A stretch of DNA of 64,000 nt from an uncultured Actinomycetes bacterium (GTDB lineage Bacteria > Actinomycetota > UBA4738 > HRBIN12), in contig CAVPIB010000007.1 in assembly GCA_963704885.1 (NCBI GenBank), positions 64,001-128,000 on the forward strand. Direction: 5' to 3'. The number at the start of each line of letters is the position of its first letter. Position 1 is the stretch's first letter. Both the position numbers and the translations under genes were made by a program. The notes below the pieces were generated by a model. The model did no database searches and was not told where the DNA came from. It was given only the letters and a program-made list of their open reading frames with translations. Shown piece by piece: positions 39,278-49,397 of the stretch.

Positions 39278-39590
39278 GACTAGGCGCGAACGCCTGTAAC
39301 GCAACGTTCACTGGCCGTTCAGCCCGATCCGATCCGACCTGGTACGGTTGGCCCGACGGTTCCACGGAGATAGCGGTCGAAACGCGCGACTTTCGCGCGG
39401 CGTCGCCCATGCGGAACGAGGCTCGCGGGACTCCTGTGGGAAGCGGGTCGGCCGGGGACGCGAGGCTTCGCGTCGCAGGCGAACCGCCGGACCAGGACCG
39501 GATGGGCTGTCGTACCGGGGTCGGTTGGCTATCCGACCGTTCACGTGTGTGTGCGACCGTGGGCCTGAGGGAAGGACGAGGAGCCAGATC

Positions 39591-40709
39591 GTGGACCCGC
39601 TCGACATCTGCTTCGTCGGCACCTATCCGCCCACGCACTGCGGCCTGGCAACGTTCGGCGCTTCGCTGCGTGAGGCGATGGCCGCTCCGCGGAGCGGCGT
39701 CATCCGCGTGTTGGAGGAGCCCGACCCACCCCGCCAACCCGAGGTGACCGTGGAGTGGTTCATGGGGGATCGCGCCTCACGCAACGAGGCCCTCGCGGCT
39801 TTGCGCGCGTACGACGTGGCGATCGTCCAGCACGAATACGGGATCTACGGCGGTGCCGACGGCGAGGAGATCGTGGGATTCCTCCGCGCCTCCCCCATCC
39901 CGACGATCGTGGTGATGCACACCGTGCTGACGGATCCGATGCCGCACCAACGGCTGGTGCTGGAGGAGGTCATGGAGGCCGCCGACCTGCTGGTCACCAC
40001 CACCGACGCGGCGCGCCGCCGCTTGATCGCCGTTCACGGCATCGAGCAGGATCAGGTCGCCGTCGTGGCGCACGGGGCTCCTCCGAACATCGAGGGCGAG
40101 CGCGCCATCCAACGCTCGGAGCCCGTCGTCCTCACCTGGGGTCTGATCGGGCCAGGCAAGGGGCTGGAGTTCGGCATCGGAGCCATGCGGCATCTCGACG
40201 ATCTGCGTCCTGCCCCCGTATACGTGATCGCGGGCCAGACCCACCCCAAGGTCCTTACGCGCGAGGGAGAACGCTATCGCGAAGGTTTGCGCGAACTGGC
40301 GGCCGACGAGGGCGTGAGCGATCGGGTCGTCTTCGAGGATCGGTACCTGGACAAGGCTTCGCTCCGCTCGTTGATCCGCAGCGCCGACGTGGTGCTGCTG
40401 CCCTACGATTCCCGCGAACAGATCAGCTCCGGCGTGCTCGTGGAGGCGGTCGCCGCGGGTAAGCCGGTAGTGGCCACGGCCTTCCCTCATGCGATCGAGC
40501 AGCTCTCGAGCGCCTGCGGGATAGTGGTGCCCCACGAGGATCCCGGGGCCATCGCCCGTGCGCTCAGGCGGCTCCTGACCGATGAGGCGCTGGCCGGCTC
40601 GATGCGCGGCCAAGCGGAGCGTGAGTCAGAACTGTTGGCCTGGCCGGCGGTCGGTCGCGAGTACTTGCGGCTGGCCCACCGCGTCCTCGCTGGGCGAGAG
40701 GCGGCATGA
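39591..40709 (+). CDS. Glycosyltransferase family 4
   Basis: RBS GAGGAG; GTYPPT.CGLATF, QHEYGIYGG.DG, TWGLIGPGKGLE, GQTHP, LPY..REQ.SSGVL.EA. Confidence 0.85.
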   Translation: MDPLDICFVGTYPPTHCGLATFGASLREAMAAPRSGVIRVLEEPDPPRQPEVTVEWFMGDRASRNEALAALRAYDVAIVQHEYGIYGGADGEEIVGFLRASPIPTIVVMHTVLTDPMPHQRLVLEEVMEAADLLVTTTDAARRRLIAVHGIEQDQVAVVAHGAPPNIEGERAIQRSEPVVLTWGLIGPGKGLEFGIGAMRHLDDLRPAPVYVIAGQTHPKVLTREGERYREGLRELAADEGVSDRVVFEDRYLDKASLRSLIRSADVVLLPYDSREQISSGVLVEAVAAGKPVVATAFPHAIEQLSSACGIVVPHEDPGAIARALRRLLTDEALAGSMRGQAERESELLAWPAVGREYLRLAHRVLAGREAA

Positions 40710-41758
40710 CGACACCGGAGCCCTCGCTCCGGCACCTGATGCGCATGCTGGACGACACGGGGTTGTTCGAGCATGCGATAGGGGCACTGCCTCGACGCTC
40801 GCACGGGTACTGCACCGACGACGCCGGGCGCGCGCTCGCCGTGGCCGTTCGCTCCGGCGACGATGGGGACGCCATGCTGCTCGCGGAGCGCTGTTTAGCG
40901 TTCCTCGCCCATGCGCACGAAGGAGAGGGTCGGTTCCGCCTCCGTATGTCGTTCGATCGGCGTTGGACCGCCGATCCGGCGTCCGACGACGCGTGCGGCC
41001 GCGCGATCTTCGGCATCGGGGTCGCGGCCGCTGCCGCGCCCTGGGCCCACGTGCGCCGGGAAGCTGGGCGCCTCTTCCGGGAGGCGGCAGCGTTCCGTTC
41101 GACGTTCGTGCGCGCTACGGCGCCCGCGGTCATCGGCGCAGCCGAACTCCTTAGGACCGAACCGGGCGACGCTGCTGCGACATCCTTGATCGACGATGCG
41201 CTCGGGCGATTCCCGCGTCCGTCCGCGGACGAGCGGTGGCCGTGGCCCGAGGAGCGACTGGCTTACGCGAACGCCGTCCTTCCCGAGGCCATGATCGCGG
41301 GTGGCGCCGCGGTCGGTGACATGGCCACGATCGACGATGGCCTGCGGTTGCTGGGCTGGCTGGTCGAGGCCGAGCGCCTGGGTGATCACTTCAGTTTCAC
41401 GCCCACCGCCGGCCGGGGCCCCGACGACCCCCGCCCCGGGTTCGACCAGCAGCCGATCGAGGCGGGCGCCCTGGCCGACGCGTGTGGCCGCGCGTTCGGC
41501 GTTACAAGTGACCCAGTCTGGATCGAACCGGTAGTGCTGGCCGCAGGGTGGTTCCAAGGCCGCAACGACGTCGGCGTTCCGATGTTCGATCCGGACACCG
41601 GCGGCGGGTTCGACGGACTCCATCGCGACAGGGTGAATCAGAACCAAGGAGCCGAGTCGACGATCGAGTTGATCACGACGCTGCAGCAAGCTAAGAGGGT
41701 CGACGCGGTGGTCGCGAGGACGTCTCAGCCGGACTCGGCGAGCGCGTCCAGCAGCTGA
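40706..41758 (+). CDS. GT4-associated (alpha/alpha)-barrel glycosidase-like protein
   Basis: HL..M.D.TGLFEHA, HGYCTDD..RAL, W.E..L.Y.NA, FDQQPIEA, WF.G.ND, GG..DGL....N.NQGAEST. Confidence 0.7.
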   Translation: MTTPEPSLRHLMRMLDDTGLFEHAIGALPRRSHGYCTDDAGRALAVAVRSGDDGDAMLLAERCLAFLAHAHEGEGRFRLRMSFDRRWTADPASDDACGRAIFGIGVAAAAAPWAHVRREAGRLFREAAAFRSTFVRATAPAVIGAAELLRTEPGDAAATSLIDDALGRFPRPSADERWPWPEERLAYANAVLPEAMIAGGAAVGDMATIDDGLRLLGWLVEAERLGDHFSFTPTAGRGPDDPRPGFDQQPIEAGALADACGRAFGVTSDPVWIEPVVLAAGWFQGRNDVGVPMFDPDTGGGFDGLHRDRVNQNQGAESTIELITTLQQAKRVDAVVARTSQPDSASASSS

Positions 41759-42738
41759 TCCTCCCGGACGGTCGCCGCGCCCACGCAGCGATCTCCCGCT
41801 CCATAGGTCATGTAGATCGTGCCGTCCTCGCGTCGGTGCGCGCCCTGCACGTAGACGACGTTGTCGGCATCACCCGCGCGTTCCCAGGCGAGCTCCGCCT
41901 CCAGCAGCGGATCGGGGAGCCGGGCGATCACCTGACCGGAGCCGGCGTCGAGGAGCGCCACGTTAAGCGTGTACGAGCCGTCGCCTCGCCGCTCGTGGAA
42001 GAACAGGACCAGGCCGTCGGTCGTAGGGATGGGTGGCGCCCCCGCGCCGACGTTGATGGCACCGGGCGATGGACGGATGATCGTGTGCCGGTCCAGGTTC
42101 GCCACGTGATCGTCCCAGTACGCGGCGTCCGCGTGCCACATAGCGTCGAGCGAATCGAAGACGGCCACCTGCACGCTCGGGTGGATCCGATGAAGGAGCG
42201 CCACGCGGTCGTCGGCCAGGTTGAACACCACCGCGTCCTTGTTGGCGATGCCGGCCGGGCCGATCAGGCGACCGCTGGCCTCGTTGACGTGGAATCGACC
42301 ATCCGTGAACGTCAGGCGCTGCACGCCGATGCGCCAGGGGTCCCCGTCGGGGATCGGGGGCAGATCCGTGTAGGTCATCACCACCTGCTTCTCGCCGCTG
42401 CTTCGCACGCGCTGGACGCGCGGATCTTCGAACGCGTGTGAGCCGTGCTCTCCGGGCGTGGCCAAGACGTAGCGGAACGTGTAGTCGATACCGTCAGCGG
42501 ACTCGAAGACCAGGATGTCGGATACGTAGTCCAGGAACCGGGGGCCTTCGCCCGTGTTCCGCCGGTACCCTGAGCGGACCCCTCGGGCGAACAGGTGATA
42601 GGTACCCTCGTGGTAAAGCAATCCGGCGTTGAAGATGGGCTCGTAGCCCGGCACCACCCCGGCTTGGACGATCGGGAGGTCCCGCACCCGTTGGGCGCGA
42701 AGGGCTCCTTCAGAGGCGTTTCCGGAGAGTCGTTCCAT
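41725..42738 (-). CDS. GH130-family beta-mannoside phosphorylase/glycosidase
   Basis: IFNAG, EDPRV, MTYT, NKD.V.F, HRI.P, GAGAPP, WE..G...NVVY, YGAGD. Confidence 0.7.
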   Translation of the reverse strand: MERLSGNASEGALRAQRVRDLPIVQAGVVPGYEPIFNAGLLYHEGTYHLFARGVRSGYRRNTGEGPRFLDYVSDILVFESADGIDYTFRYVLATPGEHGSHAFEDPRVQRVRSSGEKQVVMTYTDLPPIPDGDPWRIGVQRLTFTDGRFHVNEASGRLIGPAGIANKDAVVFNLADDRVALLHRIHPSVQVAVFDSLDAMWHADAAYWDDHVANLDRHTIIRPSPGAINVGAGAPPIPTTDGLVLFFHERRGDGSYTLNVALLDAGSGQVIARLPDPLLEAELAWERAGDADNVVYVQGAHRREDGTIYMTYGAGDRCVGAATVREDQLLDALAESG

Positions 42739-42848
42739 GGTCAGCGCGTGAGGATAGTGGACGGGAGCACCATATGGTGTATCTCAAGCATCGGAACGAG
42801 CCTCCCTCTACCTGAGGGGTGGCCGAAAGCCCCGCCGGAAGGATCAAC

Positions 42849-43808
42849 ATGAGTCACCAGCCCGACCCTCGGGAGTTGTTCACCAGATACGAAGCCAACC
42901 CCGTGATCACGGCGGCGCGCTTCCCGAGCATGGTGAATGCAGCCTTCAACGCGGGGGCCACCACGTTCGATGGCGAAACTCTGCTGCTCGTGCGCGTGGA
43001 GGATCGGACGGGTCGGTCGCGGCTGGTGGTGGCTCGTAGTCCCGACGGGCTCTCCGACTGGTCGATCGACCTTGACCGCGGCATGACTCCCGACCACAGC
43101 TCCTTCGAGGAGCGGTGGGGGATCGAGGATCCCCGGATCACGCCGACCGACGAGGGCTACCTCATCGCGTATACCGGGTACTCGCGAGGGGGTCCGCTGG
43201 TGTGCCTGGCCGTGACCCACGACTTCGTCACCTTCGAGCGTCGCGGCGTGATCCAGCCCCCCGACGACAAGGACGCGGCCCTGTTCCCAGTGATGTTCGA
43301 TGGACGATGGGCGTTGATCCATCGTCCGGCGCCGGCCACATCGGGGCTGGGCGCCCATATGTGGATCTCGTGGAGCCCCGACCTGCGTCACTGGGGTGAC
43401 TCGCGGATCCTGCTGTCGGCACGCGAGGGCGGGTGGTGGGACGCCAACAAGATCGGTCTGGGCCCACCGCCGTTGCTCACCGACCGCGGCTGGTTGCTCT
43501 GCTACCACGGCGTTCGTCAGACGGTATCCGGATCGATCTACCGATTGGGTCTGGCGCTCCTGGATCGCGACGATCCGTCCAGGGTGATCGCCCGCGGAAG
43601 GGAATGGGTGTTCGGACCGCAGACCATCTACGAGCGATCGGGAGACGTGCCCGACGTCGTCTTCCCGTGCGGTTGGGTCCTGGGGGATGATGGAGAAGAG
43701 GTCCGCCTGTACTACGGGGCGGCCGACAGCGTCGTGTGTGTCGCGACCGCCAGCTTGCGGGAGCTGCTCGACCACCTCACACGACACGAAGGAGAGGACG
43801 AGGTCTGA
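42849..43808 (+). CDS. GH130-family beta-mannoside phosphorylase/glycosidase
   Basis: RYEANPVI, FNAGA, LLVRVEDR.G.S, GIEDPRIT, DDKDAALFP, HRP, WDANKIG.GPPP, YHGV, YERSGDVPDVVFPCG, YYGAAD. Confidence 0.85.
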   Translation: MSHQPDPRELFTRYEANPVITAARFPSMVNAAFNAGATTFDGETLLLVRVEDRTGRSRLVVARSPDGLSDWSIDLDRGMTPDHSSFEERWGIEDPRITPTDEGYLIAYTGYSRGGPLVCLAVTHDFVTFERRGVIQPPDDKDAALFPVMFDGRWALIHRPAPATSGLGAHMWISWSPDLRHWGDSRILLSAREGGWWDANKIGLGPPPLLTDRGWLLCYHGVRQTVSGSIYRLGLALLDRDDPSRVIARGREWVFGPQTIYERSGDVPDVVFPCGWVLGDDGEEVRLYYGAADSVVCVATASLRELLDHLTRHEGEDEV

Positions 43809-44263
43809 TGGAGCGCAACGAGGAGCTCTTGGCGAGCGAAGAGGCAGCATGGCGTCGCCTGTCCGAGCAGGTCGATCGCGTGGCTGAACCCGATCGGAAG
43901 CGCCCGGGGGTCGTGGGTGACTGGTCGGTGCAGGACCTGGTGTGGCATTGCGCCCACTGGGCAGACTTCTGCGGCGCGCACCTGGAGCGCGCACAGGAGG
44001 GTCCGGTCGGTGATCCGTTCGCCGGTGGGTCCGACGAACAGTTCGATCGCGAGAACGACGAGATAGCGGAGCGCTCCAAGGCGATGTCGTGGGAGGACGT
44101 GGTGACCGGGACCGACGCGGCGCGTGCCCGGGTCCGAACCGCCCTCTCCGCGCTCCCCCAAGTCGCCGACGACGCGGCCGGCTGGTTCGCCGACGAGACC
44201 TTCACCCACTACGACGAGCACGCGGAGCAGATCGCCGCGTTCGTGGATCAGACGAGGAGCTGA
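43808..44263 (+). CDS. DinB/maleylpyruvate isomerase N-terminal-like protein
   Basis: PGVVGDWSV.DLV.H.A.W, N, ..HY.EH. Confidence 0.65.
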   Translation: MERNEELLASEEAAWRRLSEQVDRVAEPDRKRPGVVGDWSVQDLVWHCAHWADFCGAHLERAQEGPVGDPFAGGSDEQFDRENDEIAERSKAMSWEDVVTGTDAARARVRTALSALPQVADDAAGWFADETFTHYDEHAEQIAAFVDQTRS

Positions 44264-44268
44264 ACGAC

Positions 44269-45759
44269 ATGGAACCCATCAACCACTGGATCGGCGGGAA
44301 GACCGTAGCGGGCGAGTCCGGCCGGACGGGTCCGGTCTTCAACCCTGCGACGGGCGAGCAGACCCACCAGGTGGATCTGGCGGACGCGGAGGAGGTCGAC
44401 CTGGCGGTACAGGCTGCGGTAGATGCGTTCCCGGCGTGGCGCGCGACGTCGCTCGCGCGCCGGTCCGAGATCCTGTTCCGCCTCCGTGAGCTGGTGGATC
44501 AACATCGGATCGAGCTGGCCAGGATCCTAACGTCGCAGCATGGGAAGGTGCTGTCCGATGCGACCGGGGAGGTCTCTCGCGGGCTGGAGAACATCGAGTA
44601 CGCGTGTGGGATCCCCAACCTGCTCAAGGGCGGCTTCTCCGAGCAGGTGTCGACTGGCATCGACGTCTACTCGATCCGTCAGCCGCTGGGCGTAGTGGCA
44701 GGCATCACGCCGTTCAACTTCCCCGCCATGGTTCCCATGTGGATGTTCGCGAACGCGATCGCGTGCGGGAACACGTTCGTGCTGAAGCCTTCCGAGAAAG
44801 ACCCGAGCGCCTCGATGTTCGTGGCCGAGCTGCTGCGTGAGGCAGGCCTTCCCGACGGGGTCTTCAACGTCGTGCACGGTGACAAGGTCGCGGTGGATGC
44901 CATCTTGGAGCACGCGCGGATCGCGGCCGTGAGCTTCGTGGGTTCGACACCGATCGCCCGGTACATCTACGAGACCGGGACAAGGAACGGCAAGCGCGTG
45001 CAGGCGCTCGGCGGCGCCAAGAACCACATGGTGGTCCTGCCCGACGCCGACCTCGACATGGCGGCAGACGCGGCCGTCTCGGCGGGCTACGGGAGCGCCG
45101 GCGAGCGGTGCATGGCGATCTCAATGGTGGTGGCGGTTGGGGCCATCGGCGATGAGCTCGTCGGCAAGATCGCCGAGCGCCTGCCGAAGGTGAAGGTCGG
45201 CGACGGAGCCGATCCCGGATCGGAGATGGGCCCGCTCGTCACCCGCGAACACCGAGACAAGGTCGCGTCGTACCTGGACTCCGGGGTCGCCCAGGGCGCC
45301 ACGCTCGTTCGGGACGGAAGGCTGGATCCGGTGGCCGAGGGCCAGGGCTTCTTCCTCGGGGTCTCCTTGATCGACCACGTCACGACCCAGATGGACTGCT
45401 ACCGCGATGAGATCTTCGGTCCGGTGCTCGGCGTGACTCGTGTCGGAACCTACGATGATGCCCTTCGGATGGTGAACGACAACCCGTATGGGAACGGGGT
45501 CGCGATCTTCACCCGTGACGGCGGGGCCGCACGTCAGTTCCAGTTCGACGTGAACGTTGGGATGGTGGGTGTGAACGTTCCGATCCCCGTGCCGGTCGCT
45601 TACTACTCGTTCGGAGGCTGGAAGGCGTCCCTGTTCGGCGACAACCACATGTACGGGCCTGAAGGAGTGCAGTTCTACACGAAGGGCAAGGTCGTCACGG
45701 CTCGCTGGCCCGACCCCGCGACGTCTTCCGTGGATCTGGGATTCCCCAGGAACAGATAG
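44269..45759 (+). CDS. mmsA: CoA-acylating (methyl)malonate-semialdehyde dehydrogenase
   Basis: ITPFNFPAMVPMWM, LKPSEKDP, SFVGSTPIA, LGGAKNH, GSAGERCMA, EIFGPV, VPIPVP, FGGWKASLFGD. Confidence 0.92.
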   Translation: MEPINHWIGGKTVAGESGRTGPVFNPATGEQTHQVDLADAEEVDLAVQAAVDAFPAWRATSLARRSEILFRLRELVDQHRIELARILTSQHGKVLSDATGEVSRGLENIEYACGIPNLLKGGFSEQVSTGIDVYSIRQPLGVVAGITPFNFPAMVPMWMFANAIACGNTFVLKPSEKDPSASMFVAELLREAGLPDGVFNVVHGDKVAVDAILEHARIAAVSFVGSTPIARYIYETGTRNGKRVQALGGAKNHMVVLPDADLDMAADAAVSAGYGSAGERCMAISMVVAVGAIGDELVGKIAERLPKVKVGDGADPGSEMGPLVTREHRDKVASYLDSGVAQGATLVRDGRLDPVAEGQGFFLGVSLIDHVTTQMDCYRDEIFGPVLGVTRVGTYDDALRMVNDNPYGNGVAIFTRDGGAARQFQFDVNVGMVGVNVPIPVPVAYYSFGGWKASLFGDNHMYGPEGVQFYTKGKVVTARWPDPATSSVDLGFPRNR

Positions 45760-45780
45760 CGCGCCCGGTCGCGCCTTGCC

Positions 45781-46368
45781 TCATGGGTCCAGGCGCATGA
45801 ACCAGATGTGAGGGCCCCCCATCGGGGAGGCTCCTTCCTCGACCACTCGGAAGCCGAAGCGCTCGTAGTAGGCGACGTTGGCCGCCACCCCGGTCTCCAG
45901 GAAGGCCGGCGTCCGGTCCCGACGTGCGTGCTCCAGTCCGATCTCCATCAACGCCCGTCCGATCCCCTCGCCCCGTCGATCGGGGTCGACGCCGATCTGA
46001 TCCAGGAACCAGACAGGTTCGGCCGGGATCCACGACTCGACCCAGTTCCACATCGCATCGTGGCGCGCACCGCCGTCGGGCGAGAGCGTATGGAATCGGT
46101 CGCGCAACGCTTCATCCAGGTCGGCGAGTCCGCCCATCTGCTCGGGCGGGACCCAGGCCGCAGCGCCCGCCGCGTCTTCGGCCTCCCACAGGACCCCCAG
46201 GTCGGCCCACGCCTCATCCATCAGGGTGAAGTAGCTGGGCATCAGGTCGGCGGCTTCCTGGGGCGAGAACGTAACCAGGACCATCGGATCGTCCGCGAAG
46301 GCTCGTGCGAGCATCGCCGCGATCGCGGGAACGCGTTCGCGGGTAGCCCGTCGGATCTCGATCGTCAC
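45781..46368 (-). CDS. GNAT N-acetyltransferase
   Basis: LARAF.DDP, WFL..IGVDP.RRG.GIG..L, AFLET...NV.YY.RFGF. Confidence 0.85.
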   Translation of the reverse strand: MTIEIRRATRERVPAIAAMLARAFADDPMVLVTFSPQEAADLMPSYFTLMDEAWADLGVLWEAEDAAGAAAWVPPEQMGGLADLDEALRDRFHTLSPDGGARHDAMWNWVESWIPAEPVWFLDQIGVDPDRRGEGIGRALMEIGLEHARRDRTPAFLETGVAANVAYYERFGFRVVEEGASPMGGPHIWFMRLDP

Positions 46369-46448
46369 GGGCGGAAGCCTAAGTCGCAGCTACCGCCCGC
46401 GCACCCCTCGGCCGTATCCTGGGTCAACACACACGAGGAGACTTGGAT

Positions 46449-47612
46449 ATGCAGACCGACCGAAGCCCGCTGGATCACCTCCGCGAGGACCGCGGCCCAT
46501 GGCGTCCGCGCCCTACGCTCGAGGGCGCCGACTACACGAGTTGGGAGGTGTACGAGCAGGAGCGTGAGCGGATCTGGTGGGGCGATTGGATCTGCGCCGG
46601 CCGTACCGAGGAGATCCCGAACCCCGGTGACTACATCGTGCGCGATATCACCGGCGAGTCGATCTTCGTAGTGCGGACCGAGACCGGGGAGCTACGTGGC
46701 TTCTACAACGTCTGCAGCCACCGAGGAACCAAGTTCGTAGACGACATCGAGGGGACCGGTCACACCCGCAAGGCGTTCGTCTGCCCCTACCACGCCTGGA
46801 CGTACGACCTGAACGGTCAGCTGATCGGCTCGCCGAACGTCAAGGAGGACGAGCTCTTCGACCGGTCGGCCTACCCGCTCCACGGGGTCACGGTCGACAG
46901 CTACGCCGGCTTCCTGTTCGTGAACCTCTCCGGCGAGCCTCGGCCCCTGATGGAGGCCTTGACGGACGGCGCCGAATCCATCACGGCGTTCGAGCGATTC
47001 AAGATGGACGAACTCCGGATCGGGGTTCGTCTCGTGTACGAGGTCGAGGCGAACTGGAAGATCGTCGTGGAGAACTACAACGAGTGCCTGCACTGTCCGC
47101 AGGTCCATCCCGAGCTGGTGCAGGTCGTCCCGCTGTTCCGCTTCGGCGAGGTCTGGGACGAAGAGCTCCGCGACGACGGCAACCGGATGGTCGAGGGCGC
47201 GACGAGCTTCACGATGACCGGCTCGGTCGGAGCTGCCGAAGCTCCCCGGGTCTTGCTCCCGAGGACCACGACATGTACTACGGGACCTACGAGTTCCCGA
47301 ACCTGATGCTGAACCTGCACCCCGACTGCGCGATGTACTACATCGGCTACCCGAAGGGATCCGAACCACACGACGATCGTCTCCGAGTACCTGTTCCGCC
47401 CCGAGACGATCGCCGGACCGAACTTCAAGCCGGAGCCGGTCGTGGAGCTCTGGGACCTGATCTCCAAGCAGGACTGGGAGGTCTGCGTTCGGGCGCAGAC
47501 GGGGGTTGGTTCGCGGGCGTTCAAGACGGGCGTTTACCCGCGTCAGGATCGCTTCCTCTACTGGTTCAACGAGGAGTACCGCCTGGCCATGGGCCGCGAA
47601 GCTCAGGGCTGA
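46449..47612 (+). CDS. Rieske non-heme iron oxygenase alpha subunit (choline monooxygenase / GbcA-like group); frameshifts about 47225-47380
   Basis: NVCSHRG, CPYHAWTY, ANWK...ENYNECLHC...HPEL, later FPNL.L.LHPD, QDW.VC...Q.G..S; RBS GAGGAG. Confidence 0.75.
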
Positions 47613-47613
47613 C

Positions 47614-48495
47614 GTGGAGGACGGCTTCACGTTCATCGGCGTGCCGATCGACTCCGTCGGCCGGTCGGGGGGAACCGAGTTGGGGCCCGCCAAGCTCAGG
47701 GCTCTTGGTCTGGCCGAGCTGTGCGAAGGAGACGCGGGCGACCTGGACGTGCGGATCCGCGGCGAGGAGCGGGACACGGTTACGGGGATCATCGCGAGCG
47801 CCGACGTGTTGACCACGACGGCCGTGATCCGCGAGGCCGTGACGGCAGCGCTGTCCGCCGGCGAGCGCCCGTTCCTGGTCGGGGGCTGCTGCACGCTGCT
47901 GCCCGGAGCGCTGGCAGCGGCGCGCGACGTCCTGGGTCGCACCGGGGTGGCATACCTCGACGGACACCTCGACCTTTCCGACGGCGCCACCTCGCCGACG
48001 GGCGAGGCGGCGGACATGCCCCTGTCCGTGGTGCTGGGACGAGGGCCCGCGGCGTGGGTCGACGCGTGCGGCGGCGCGTCCGCGCGGATCGAGGACGTGG
48101 TGCCGATCGGCTACCGCGACCCCGACGAGGTGCCCACGTTCGATCAGATCGCCCCCGAGCTCGGTCCGGCGTTCCGCCCCGTTTCCAAGGACGACGTGAT
48201 GTCGGAGGGACCAGGCGAGATCGGACGGCGTGTCGCCTCGGAACTGGCCGGATCGGCGGGCCGGTTCTGGATGCACCTCGACGTGGACATCCTGGGCGAA
48301 GACGTGTTCCCGGCGACTGACTACCTGATGCCGGACGGCCTGGACATGGACGAGCTCGTCGACCTGATGCGACCTTTCGCCGCGTCGCCTGCGCTCATCG
48401 GACTCTCGATCGGCTGCTACAACCCCGAGAAGGACCCGCGAGACGTGTGCGGCGGCGCCCTGGTCGAGGCGTTCGCCTCCGTCCTGGCGGGCTAG
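47614..48495 (+). CDS. Arginase/ureohydrolase family protein
   Basis: GTELGP..LR, GGCC, YLDGHLD, T.SPTGEAADM, HLDVD.L, PDGL, YNP..D. Confidence 0.8.
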   Translation: MEDGFTFIGVPIDSVGRSGGTELGPAKLRALGLAELCEGDAGDLDVRIRGEERDTVTGIIASADVLTTTAVIREAVTAALSAGERPFLVGGCCTLLPGALAAARDVLGRTGVAYLDGHLDLSDGATSPTGEAADMPLSVVLGRGPAAWVDACGGASARIEDVVPIGYRDPDEVPTFDQIAPELGPAFRPVSKDDVMSEGPGEIGRRVASELAGSAGRFWMHLDVDILGEDVFPATDYLMPDGLDMDELVDLMRPFAASPALIGLSIGCYNPEKDPRDVCGGALVEAFASVLAG

Positions 48496-49397
48496 CCGGG
48501 GAGCCGGGCGAGAGCCTCTTCGATCGCATCCGCATCGGGCATGCCTTCTCGAGCCCCCGATACGGTGACGGATATCGAGGCCGCTGCCACCGCGGCGCGA
48601 ACGGCATCCTGCAGATCGCGTCCCAGAGCTAATGCGGAGGCCAATACCCCGTTGAAGCAGTCCCCGGCGCCCGTCGTATCGATGACGTCGACCCGTGGTG
48701 CGGCGACGCGCTCCCGCGCGTCGCCCCTATGCAGTAACGCGCCTTCGGCCCCTCGAGTCTCGATCACCACCACCTCGCCGGGGGTCGCGCCCAGGGCCTC
48801 GAGTTCGCGCTCGTTGGGAGTGACGTAGGTGGCCAGGGCGGCGAGCGCCCTTGCCCATGGCTGCGAGGGCGCGGGGTTCAGAACGGTGGGCACGTTCTGT
48901 TCGCGGCACCACTCGAGGGCGGCGGTGGCCACCACCTGCGGCACCTCCAGGCTGGCGAGCAACAGGCTGGGTTCGATCATCTCCAAGGCACCCACGACGG
49001 CGTTTGGCTCCAACCGGCCGTTCGCGCCGGCCGCCACCGAGATCTGGTTCTCGCCTCCTGCGTCCACGGCTATCAGAGCCACGCCGGTGCGAGCCTGCTG
49101 CGTGACCAGCACGTGCTCGACGTGAACGCCATCCGAACGCAGAGCCTCGATCGAACGGTGTCCGAACACGTCGTCACCGACCGCGCCCAGCATCCACACG
49201 TCTAGGTCCCGCGTCGTCGGTACGCCCGAGGACGAAGCCCGAGCGGCGGCTACGGCCTGATTGCCCCCTTTCCCGCCATGGTGCTCCGAGTACGTTCCCC
49301 CGGTGACGGTCTCGCCCGGTCTGGGCAGCGGCGCACCGGATACGACCAGGTCGACGTTGATCGCGCCGAGGACCGCGAGGACCGGCTCGCCGGTCAC
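48492..49397 (-). CDS. rbsK: Ribokinase (PfkB family)
   Basis: GAINVDLV, P.PGETV.G, GGKGGNQAVAAAR, VGDD.FG, TPNE.E, DTTGAGDCF.G. Confidence 0.8.
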   Translation of the reverse strand: MTGEPVLAVLGAINVDLVVSGAPLPRPGETVTGGTYSEHHGGKGGNQAVAAARASSSGVPTTRDLDVWMLGAVGDDVFGHRSIEALRSDGVHVEHVLVTQQARTGVALIAVDAGGENQISVAAGANGRLEPNAVVGALEMIEPSLLLASLEVPQVVATAALEWCREQNVPTVLNPAPSQPWARALAALATYVTPNERELEALGATPGEVVVIETRGAEGALLHRGDARERVAAPRVDVIDTTGAGDCFNGVLASALALGRDLQDAVRAAVAAASISVTVSGAREGMPDADAIEEALARLPG

